Of a stretch of DNA of 64,000 nucleotides, positions 52,615-62,430 are shown piece by piece. Source of the DNA: Octopus vulgaris (lineage: Eukaryota); contig OX597822.1 of NCBI GenBank assembly GCA_951406725.2, positions 87,048,001 through 87,112,000 on the forward strand, read 5' to 3'. The notes under the pieces were generated by a model. The model ran no database searches and was not told the origin of the DNA. It worked only from the letters and a program-made list of their open reading frames with translations. A program made the translations under genes and the position numbers. Within the stretch, counting starts at the first letter, position 1. Each line of letters opens with the position of its first letter.

Positions 52615-54052
52615 AAATGTAATTTTTGAAATCATTGTCTGTACTTAAGGCATTGTGAACATTGAGGTATTTGATCCAATTTACTCCTTGCACCTGGAAT
52701 TCAAAATAAATAAAACCATCTTTATAGAATTTACCAAATCCATAAAGTTGTGAGATATACTGAAGAAAATGTCTTAAAAATATATTTAAAATATTGCTTG
52801 TAAACAATCTATGTTAAAATTGAAATATTTTTGTAAAATTTTATTTTCTTAAAAATATTGTTTTAGTTGAGTTAATATATTTTTGCATGAACACAAATCC
52901 GATATGCTTTTCAACAAATACATTTGAGTGACAATTTTCTTCTGTGTGCTTCTGAATTAATTGTTGTGTGTATTAAGTTTTACTGTTGCAGACTATGAGT
53001 CTGTGTTTAATGTCAGAAAAATTCTTATGAAAATTTATGATGTTATATATTATTCATGTTAAAACAAGATATATTACAGGACTGACTGGTAGTGTTTATA
53101 ATGTTTATTTTTCCCTCTCTGAATTAAAATGAATATGAAATGTGAATGTGTGTGTACACGAGGTTTAGACTTCTTCCAAATTGAGAATAATTTAAAGAAA
53201 CTAAAAACCAAAAGACTTTATGAATGATGAGAGGATGCATGTTTAAAGTAGGCTTAGTGCTTGACATAGCTGTCAATTTGTGTTTTCCTTTAGAGTAACA
53301 TTTGAAAAAATAATATACAGGTAAATATCTATGTTATTGAAACAGATTATCTATGGCTGGATGCGCTTCCTGTTGCCAACCTCACCTATTTTCTTGTGAA
53401 ATATTAATTTCACTTGGAAACAGGTGACAGTTGGTGACAGGAAGGGCACTTGGTCTTTAGAAATCTGCCTCAACAAAATTTTGACCAACCCATGTGAACA
53501 TGGAAAAGTGGACATTAAAATGATGATGATTTAAAAGCAGTTATTAGTAAATTGATCAATGAAAATGAAAATATTTCTCATACAAAAAGAAAAATTCATG
53601 CTTCTGTGATTTTATATATTTTCCATAGCTAAAACTGTATTTAACAAAAAAATCAAACAAAACATGTTTTCTCTTCAGAACCAGGAATATTCTCAGTTGT
53701 AAATGGCTGATAACCCTTTACAAAGTATCACTCTGCATTATGCTTGCATTTTTCTCAGAGCTGTCATCAGCTTAATAGATGAAGCTATGGCCCAGTCTTC
53801 TATAATGATCTGTCTTTCTTTAACTAAAAATATGGGATAAATGAACTTATCATATCTGCCACTTTATTTCTTCACATGTTTTGGAAATCTCAGTGTTAGG
53901 TTTATCTTTTTCACTCTACAGATAGTCAGCCTCTGTACAAGCACACAGCATTGTTTGGCATTAAAATTAATATCTTTTAAATAAAATAATGTTAGTTGTT
54001 CTAATAAAATGTTTATTTGTCTAAGTATTTTTTATTTAAATTTTATTTTCAG

Positions 54053-54351
54053 GTGTTCATATTAAGAATGTTATCTCAGAAAAATACCATGAGATTTTTG
54101 TGGATGCAATTTTACCTGAACCTAAGGGCCTTGAAATATCCTTGGTTGATGCTGAATACCATCAGCCCTCCTGTGTCCCAACACATGTGGAGCAAAATTC
54201 AAAAATGGCTATGGCAGCTGTTTTCCAAAACCACTCTGAGACATTTGAAGCATCACTCTCAATTGGAACAAATATCACTTTTACCTGGTTCTTCTCAGAC
54301 ATAAACCAAAAGTACAGTCATCACTCCTCTACAGAACTTGTTTCTCTCAAA
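54053..54351 (+). CDS. Internal exon C of the polycystin-1-like gene (end of one PKD domain, start of the next)
   Basis: Acceptor ttttattttcag at 54052 and donor AAA|gtaagc at 54351/54352. The phase-1 join gives GTHQI-RVHIKNVIS (the PKD G.Y.V.V.V.N.VS motif), then ...FEASLSIGTNITFTWFFSD (the PKD G.NV.Y.W.F.D motif). Confidence 0.9.
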
Positions 54352-55908
54352 GTAAGCTTTCTTTTTTACTTGGTTTTCCTTATTAAAAACTTTAACAAAT
54401 TATTATTTTGATTTTCACTTTTAGTAATTTTCAACTACAAAATGTGAAATAAACTGAAGCCTTTTGCAACAATAAATGAAATCTTTGGAGTCAGATCAGG
54501 TTAGATGTGGGGGCATGTGCCACTAAAACACTTTGCTGCATTCACCATTTGCTGGTATATTCCTGAGTCCTGTGTGTCGTCTCCACAAGATACCTCCTCA
54601 TCTGCTGTCACCATAAGGTATGTGGTCAACCAACATAAGCTGCCAACCCAGCCAGATTCTCAGTGAAGAGAACATGGTAAGCAGGGTGTCACTCAGAAAA
54701 TTAAGCAATATGGCCAAACACTCTGAGCTGGCACTCCTGAATCATGCAAGTTACAAGACACAACCCAGTTTCTGAGTGGACCCGTTGGTTGGATACAAAA
54801 TCTGACCAATGGTTATCTATAATCCTGTAAAGTGTTGTTGTACTCTTGAGTGCAAGTAATGACATTATTTTGCATACTTGGTAAAGCTTAAAAATGAATT
54901 CAAAATCTGTTTACTGTTCTGAATTCCAATCCATTCTGGTGGTGACATGATGAAGAGATGCCAAACTGAAGATGAAAAACACTCTGCAGAGGAAGAGATG
55001 TAGAAGCTGTAACCAAAATTAACCAGTTCTTGAATGGGACAAGAATGAAAGTGTGATTTAGCCTAGCGTGCAGGCGATGGAGTTGTTAAGGCTGTAAATT
55101 TTGGGATTTTAATGACATAATTGATTATATAACATTTTGGTAGCAACCTCAATTGAACAATATTATAGACTGTAAAACATCATATTTAAATAACAACATG
55201 CTATCCATATAAGTAATGCTGAAAATGTGAACTAGAAATAGCCTAGAATTGAATAAACAGCACACTTAATTCTAAATACAGCTATATGTTTACACTGAAG
55301 CTTTGAAATACGATTGATAGTAAAATGCTTGTTTACTTGTTTGTCAATGCAAATGTTTGTACATTTTTCAGCTGAACAAAATTCCAGATATTTGACCTTC
55401 AATATTCCCCATGTAATAATAATGATAGCATATGACTAATGTCGTTCTTATCATTTAACAAGTAAACATAAACCTAATAGTCTCTCTCTTAACCACTATA
55501 GTTCTCTTCCTCCATATTTCTCTATGAATTATAACAGCTGGAGAGTCTTATCATTGTTCCATTAAGGCTGGAATGCCCCACCTATAAGACTCTCATTTTA
55601 GCTCTCCATGATATTGTTTTCCTTTTTGGCTCCAATTCAGTAATGATTCAGTAAGATTTCTCATTCAAAGTATTCTAGTTATAGCCATTATTCTTTTATT
55701 CTTTTACTTGTTTCAGTCATTAGACTGTGGCCATGCTGGAGTACTGCCTTGAATTTTTTAGTTGAATGTATTGGCCCCAGTATTTATTTTTTTAAACCTG
55801 GTATTTATTCTATCGGTCTCTTTTGCCAGACTGTTAAGCTATGGGGATGCAACACACCAACACTGGTTGTCAAGTGGTGGGGAGGGGGATAAACACAAGA
55901 ACAGACAC

Positions 55909-56535
55909 ATCATCATCATTATCATTTAGCGTCCGTTGTCCATTCTGGCATAGGTTGGATGGTTTGACCAGGGTTGGCAAGCTGGAAGGCTGCACCAAAC
56001 TCCAGTCTGATTTGGTATGATTTCTATGGCTGGATGCCTTTCCTAACGCTAACCATTCTGTGAATGTAATGGATGCTTTTATGCACCACCAGCACAGGTG
56101 CCATTTGCGTGACACTAGTATCTGCCATGACTGCAACTTTGCTCAGCACAACATAACACCAAAGGTCTCAGTCATTCGTTATTGCCTCCATGAGGCACAA
56201 CACTCAAAAAGAGCTTTACACATGCCACTGGCATCAGCCATTTTGCCTGTGAGGCCCAATGTTCAAAAGGTGCATTTTACGTGCCACTGGTGCCAGTTAC
56301 GTGACACCAGCATTGGCCACCATTATGATTTCACTTGGCTTGACTGGTCTTCTCAAGCACGGCATATTGCCAAAGCTCTTGGTCAGTAGGCATTGCCTCT
56401 GAGAGACCCAAAGTTTGAAGATCATGCTTCACCACCTTCCCATGTCTTCTTGGGTCTCCTTCTACCACAGGCTCCCTGCACAGTTAGAGATTGGCACTTC
56501 TTTACACAGCTGTCTTCATCCATATGAAACTCCTT
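55909..56535 (-). mobile_element. RTE LINE 3' end (family C) including the last ORF codons
   Basis: (CAT)n and family C terminus, cattgcctc/gtgaggccc repeats, and sequence homologous to 41130-41230. Confidence 0.85.
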
Positions 56536-56569
56536 GTCCATATGTATTTATGCATGTGTGTGTATGTAG

Positions 56570-56613
<44 letters not shown>

Positions 56614-56614
56614 A

Positions 56615-56837
56615 CAGGGTTGGCCAAAATTCACTTGATAGTAAATCAAAATTCCATAAATACTCTCTGTAATTCTGTATTGACTCAAATGGAAAAATGT
56701 GTCGCTCAAGCAGGACTTCAGTTTGAACAATTTTCATGATGTTTCATATTTAGATTCTTTTATAAAATTCATTCAGTTGTTAAACATAAATAAATCTTGG
56801 AGTTAAATGGTTTTGATTTACCGTCAGCTGAGCCCTG
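56615..56837. mobile_element. Tc1/mariner-type MITE
   Basis: Ends CAGGG...CCCTG|TA, with imperfect TIRs sharing tca..tga..gtaaatcaaaa..ccat. Confidence 0.6.
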
Positions 56838-57349
56838 TATATGACAGATTTCTTTCAGTTTCCGTCTACCAAATCCACTCACAAGGTTTTGGTGGGCCTG
56901 AGGCTATAGTAGAAGACACTTGCCCAAGGTACCATGCAGTAAGGCTGAACCTGGAACCATGTTGGTTGGGAAGCTAGCTTCTCACCACACATCCATGCTT
57001 GCACCTATCTGCCATTACATATTTTTTATGCAAAGCGTATCTTAGACTATATCTGAGTGAGTTTTGGCTGCTATTTATAGCAAAACCAGTGACCACATAG
57101 AGGTTCCTTTGTTGGTTCACATATCTCCATGTTTGTTTTTTTGTATACAAGTCAACTACTGGTGAAAATATACAATCCAAAAGTAACATTCCATAGGGTG
57201 TGGCATGCAAGTTTAACCTGGAAAAATCTCTCCAAAACTATGGGATTCAACATGTTCACTTTGATGACATTGGGTGGCAACAGGTTACCTTATGCCTCAG
57301 CCTCTGGTCTCTCACTGGCTCTGCCAGAATTTCTCTCATTGGTGACCTC

Positions 57350-58190
57350 TTGCCATGTCCTCATTAGCAGAGTTCTCCACAACACAACTGAACCCACTGT
57401 AATTGGGAAGCACAAGGTGACCTACATGGTATGAAGCCAGCTTGCTGACCATCACCCTTCAGATGTCTTTTCCCCTCTCCTCTTTTTGGATGTCTTGTGC
57501 TTCCCAAAACAAATGGGATGCAGTTCAGTGCAGCATGATCTCAGATGGGTCGGTGCATTGATTTAACTAACACTTGGCCTCCCAGCTCCACAGCAGTGCC
57601 TGGCTCAGTGCAGTGCCATCAGCCTTGACTGGCACTCAGCTTGATAGCAATTGTCTGCACATTGATGCTTCTCTGAGACTTGGCCTCCAGATTGGTTTGT
57701 CTCACAGATGCCAAAGAGGATCTGCTGTGGATTCTTTTGGTTTCCACCTGTTCTCATATTGTTATAGTGCTGGCCATGCTGCTCTCACTGAGATCATAAA
57801 GCATAGCCTAGAACATCACAAGCTTTCCCTCGCAACTTGATCCAGCAGAGCTGGACAGAGGAAACAGTAAAAGACCAGATAGCACTATAATTTTCCTCTT
57901 GTGATGGTAGGTTCCTCATTTGGGATTCCACATGTTGCAACACCTTCCCCAGTGGAAACTTGGTGTGTTTGACTGCCAAACCAGACTCTGCTGTGTGTCA
58001 AGCCAAAGTATTGGCCACTCTCTGACATACTTGAGTTTGAGCCTGGGGCAGTGGAGACTGCTGGTATTCTTGGGCCTCAGACTATATCCTGGCTCACTGC
58101 TATCAAGGAAGTGATGGCAATCTGCATGTGTGAGCCCCACGAGTTGGAGAGATTGCTCCAGCATGTCTCCCTCACCAAACCTTTACTACA
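57350..58190 (+). mobile_element. Decayed CRE-like (RLE-bearing) non-LTR retrotransposon 3' region
   Basis: SSAWLSAVPS...GTQLD.......SLRLGL.....HRC..G..VD.FG.H..S, then PD..T......GR.LIWDSTCCNTF. Confidence 0.75.
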
Positions 58191-60101
58191 GAATAAGCAA
58201 CTGGTAGAACAGTGCTCCTAATAATAGCTGCACACCATTTAACAAAACTCCAACAGACTGATGCATAAATTTCCAACTAAAGCTCATGTTTGGTGAACAT
58301 ATTAAACAGATTAACTCACACACACACACACACACACACACACTCTCTCTCTCTCTCTCTCTCTCTCCCCCTCCCTCTCTCCAACTGTTGTGTAATTCTA
58401 ACATTAAACACTGGGTTGTAAACTATTGAAGTTGAGAGGCTAGTCAACAACTATGGTATGTATGTCATCTGTGTAATTTCATGATAGTTAATATGCAAGA
58501 TATACATGTTTCATATGTGGCTGTTCTGGTTCAGATATCAGAGACAGATTACCAGTATGAACCCCATCCACTTTGTCGAGGTTAATGAGAGTTTCATGAG
58601 ATATAATGACAATTTACTGAATGCACACACATTAGAATAAAGTTACTTTGAAGGTAGTTTATTGTTGATTAAAACAGTAACTCATGCATATTTTATGAAC
58701 TTAAACAGTGGATGCTAGACCTGCTCAGAATATCAGTCAAAACACTTCTGAATTACATCTGACCATCTTAAAAATGAAAGATCTTTTGGATAATGTAGTC
58801 TTAGATCCACTATACTCCTCCAAAAGACACGCTGGTTATGTTTGGTATATCTTTGATCATTGATGAGTTCAGTCAAGGCTCCATAGTGTATCTTCTTCAA
58901 CTGTTGACAGATTTGATAAAGTTTAACAAACTCCTTCATTACTTAAAATATTACTGAAAAATAGCTTTGTGATTACATCTAATAAAAACCTCCTTAAATA
59001 TACTTGTACATGTTTTGTTTGAGCAATGGATACACAAATACCATTCCTTTATGTCACATTGCAAAACACTCAATGACTGATTCCTGGATTATTTTATCTG
59101 TTATTCCATCAAGTTCATAATATTCATAATAGTAACTTTCTACTATATCAGAAGAAATGTACCTTCTTATTTAGGATGGTGGATAATACAAGTTATTAAC
59201 TTATTTTTCTTATTTTGGGGTGCATCAGGGGGCAAAGAGTGTAACTCATTAATTTTATGATTGTAATTTAATAATTTTTATTTTTATTGATTTTATTTGG
59301 GGTTTTTTCCTTTTATACTTATCCATTCATTCTGTTTCCTCCATTAATAATCAGAATACAAAACATTGCAGGAGTCAACTTAGAGGAGGAAATGGCTCAG
59401 TTTCATTTGAATTTATTAGAAGCTAAAATTACAACTAATTTTTGTAATTAAATTATTTTGATTTCTTTCTTCTTAAATAATATGTCTAAATTGTATCTGA
59501 TGCTGACTTAAAATTGGTGAAGGTTTGTATTCTTCATGAAATCATTTCAAAGATTGAAAAGGAAGTGGTTAACCCTTCGAAGCAAACAATAACCAGAAAA
59601 ACAAAAACAAAAAGATTATGACTAATCTATAGAACTTCTATTTTTCTAGGATATTTGTTAAAAATCTTATTTATTTGTTTTTCATTAATTTTTTAATTGC
59701 CCTGGTGCTTTCTGCTGTCATCTTATGGATAGGAGACCAAGTATCTATGGCAAAGAAGTTCAATGAATACAAGTCTATTTGGCATAATTGTTACTAATAA
59801 CAAAATATTGGAAGCAAGCTGAAATATCTTGGTCTGACTCTCATAAACCATTAGAAAATAACAAACTCACAAATAATGTCACAAACTTTAAAAAATTGGT
59901 CATTAGACCGTGGCCATGCTGGGACACTGCCTTTAAAAATTTCAGTCAAACGATCGACCCCAGTACTTATTTTTTTCTAAGCATGGTATTTATTCTGTTA
60001 GTTTCTTTTGTCAAAATGCTAAATTATGGAGGCATAAACACACCAACACCAATTGTCAAATGGTGCTGGTGGACAAACACACACACATACACTCACACAT
60101 G

Positions 60102-60136
<35 letters not shown>

Positions 60137-60346
60137 AATCTCTGAGCAAGGTATAAACAGTAACTGCTCTATAATATAAGCGGGATCAGCCATCTGAATG
60201 TGGCTAGGGATAGGGCGGGGTGGTGGAGGTGTTACTGATGCATTTAACCCCGGGCGACTATCAATGTTACCAGAAGAGCCGACACCATCACGGTGTCCTT
60301 GCTAGCCTGCAAAGGGAGATCAGCCTCACCGAAGATACGGATGCTA

Positions 60347-60389
60347 CACACGGACCGGTTTCGAGGTATTTGCCTCTTGTCAGCGCATG
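60347..60389 (-). ncRNA. Type I hammerhead ribozyme fold, copy 1 (CUGACAA core)
   Basis: Exact reverse complement of 60813-60855. Confidence 0.75.
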
Positions 60390-60812
60390 GCAAGCACCGT
60401 TCTTCGCTGAGGGACTTCCTGTACAGGCCAGATATATATAGATTTTCACAGTAACCACAGTCACTGGCGTAGAAAATCCATTCGATAACAATAATAAATC
60501 TCTGAGCGAGGTATAAACAGTAACTGCTCTATAATATAAGCGGGATCAGCCATCTGAATGTGGCTAGGGACAGGGCGGGGTGGTGAGGGTGTTACTGATG
60601 CATTTAGCCCCAGGCGACTAACCCCGCCCTGTCCCTAGCCACATTCAGATGGCTGATCCCGCTTATATTATAGAGCAGTTACTGTTTATACCTCGCTCAG
60701 AGATTTATTATTGTTATCGAACGGATTTTCTACGCCAGTGACTGTGGTTACTGTGAAAATCTATATATATCTGGCCTGTACAGGAAGTCCCTCAGCGAAG
60801 AACGGTGCTTGC

Positions 60813-60855
60813 CATGCGCTGACAAGAGGCAAATACCTCGAAACCGGTCCGTGTG
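60813..60855 (+). ncRNA. Type I hammerhead ribozyme fold, copy 2 (CUGACAA core)
   Basis: CAUGCG-CUGACAA-GAGG caaaua CCUC-GAAA-C cg G-UC-CGUGUG: stem I CAUGCG/CGUGUG, stem II GAGG/CCUC, minimal palindromic stem III ACCGGU; predicted GUC cleavage after 60849. Confidence 0.78.
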
Positions 60856-61681
60856 TAGCATCCGTATCTTCGGTGAGGCTGATCTCCCTTTGCAGGCTAG
60901 CAAGGACACCGTGATGGTGTCGGCTCTTCTGGTGACGTCGATAGTCGCCTGGGGCTAAATGCATCAGTAACACCCCCACCACCCCGCCCTGTCCCTAGCC
61001 ACATTCAGATGGCTGATCCCGCTTATATTATATATATATATATATACACAACAGGCTGCTTTCAGCTTTTATCTATCTAATCTACCCATAAGGCTTTGGT
61101 CAGCCTGAGGCTATAGAAGAAAACTCTTGAGGTGCCACACAGTGGGTCTGAACCTGGAACCATGTGGTTGGGAAGCAAATGGGAAGCAAACTTCCTACCA
61201 CGTAGCCATGCCTGTGCCTATTTGTTTATTATTAAATGAAAAATACTCCTAGAAAGATGAATGGAATGTTAACAAACTGTCATCTGCCTGTCAGCCATCT
61301 GCAATGAGTAGATGACATGTAAACCACAGCGGTCGGTTGCTTCCCTGGTGGCCAATCATGACAACACAAACCAGCCAGAAATACAGGTTTCACATCCTTT
61401 ATGGCAATTCTCTTCACCAAAATATTAACAACTATACAGCTAGCCTGAAAGAACATAAAGTTGAGGTATAGGACACCCTTAATATTGATTCATCATCATC
61501 ATTGTGTCTACAAAACAGCTTCATAAAATAAGACTGTGTCTGATGCAAAAGTGCATCTTATATACTGATAAAAAATGGTTACCCCCCTGTTTTAAACAAC
61601 CATCCAACCCATGCCAACATGGAAAACAGACTTATTATTGACTATTTTTTCAGGAAAACATTTTGTCAATGACTGATTTAA

Positions 61682-61902
61682 CCCTTTCGTTACTGTATTT
61701 ATTTTAAGATGCTCTGTGTTTCTTTCAATTACTTTAAATATAACAAAGAATTTAGTAAAATAACTTAGTTACCATGAAGCTAGTGTTAGGAACATAAATT
61801 GTAACAAAAGGTTTGGTGGAAGATTTTAATTCAAAACTTATGAAAACATGATATTTGTACTCAGAGCCAGAGGCGGTTTCAGCCAGTTTGGTAATGAAAG
61901 GG
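61682..61902. mobile_element. piggyBac-like MITE (221 bp)
   Basis: TTAA at 61678-61681 and 61903-61906; TIRs CCCTTTCGTTAC / GTAATGAAAGGG (one mismatch). Confidence 0.85.
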
Positions 61903-62114
61903 TTAATGTGTTAAAATTTCATAGCAATTAAACATTAGTTACAAAGTTTGACTGCATATTTAAAACTATTCTAAATATTTCTATTTCAAGCAGGAATATT
62001 TTTCAACTAGATTTATTGGATGATATTTAAAAAGAAAATTCTGTTGGATTAAGAAACTGCAAAAACTAAACATATCCTCAAGATAAAGAATCTTGTGTGA
62101 TTCTTAGAATCTAT

Positions 62115-62192
62115 CTCTAGCGGCCAAGTGTCCATCATTGATGAAACCAAGGAAGGTTGAAATCACATGATCTGGTTGTCTTGGCACTAGAG
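62115..62192 (+). ncRNA. Type I hammerhead-ribozyme-like fold (UUGAUGA core), probable Penelope-type terminal repeat remnant
   Basis: CUCUAG.GCCAAG.AUCA-UUGAUGA-AACC aaggaa GGUU-GAAA-UCA ca UGA-UC-UGGU.CUUGGC.CUAGAG; all three stems close. Confidence 0.62.
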
Positions 62193-62364
62193 ACGGTGAG
62201 GATTTATCTCTTCACTAGTGATATAAACAAGAGTGTGTTTTAAACTAAAAACCAATAGGAGAGTATCTACTGTTGTATACTTTATTCCAACAGAACGTCC
62301 ACGTTTAAGCGGGCATAAATATTACCTCTCTTAGAATTAATATAGAAGAAATTATAATACACTC

Positions 62365-62430
62365 AAAGCAGTGCTCCAGCATGGCCACACATCTAATGAC
62401 TGAAACAAGTGAAAGATAAAAGATAAAAGA
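62365..62430 (+). mobile_element. SINE family A 3' tail fragment
   Basis: gcagtgctccagcatggccacacatctaatgactgaaacaagtgaaagataaaagataaaaga; similar tail fragments lie at 43235-43283 and 36740-36897. Confidence 0.8.

Larger units (their letters stand above)
55693..57005 (-). mobile_element. SINE family A split at its microsatellite by two nested insertions
   Basis: Tail at 55693-55908 and head at 56840-57005, with an RTE 3' end and a MITE between them. Confidence 0.8.
60131..61032. mobile_element. Retrozyme/Penelope-pLTR-like non-coding element: 360-bp unit, tandem plus inverted
   Basis: Period of 360 bp (60131 vs 60491; 60621 vs 60981). About 1.36 units forward, then about 1.14 units reversed. 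Arms 60170-60581 and 60621-61032 differ by about 8 substitutions. One hammerhead fold per full unit; (TA)n on both flanks. Confidence 0.85.
59898..61218 (-). mobile_element. SINE family A split at its (TA)n tract by the hammerhead-bearing element
   Basis: Tail at 59898-60075, microsatellite to 60130, resumes at ~61033 with head ...ggtgccacacagtgggtctgaacctggaaccatgtggttggg...gtagccatgcctgtgcc. Confidence 0.85.

Noticed and set aside
60220-60982. Duplicated 67-73 aa ORFs in the hammerhead element
   Set aside because: Non-ATG starts, no recognisable domain, and both strands open; the duplication merely reflects the inverted repeat.
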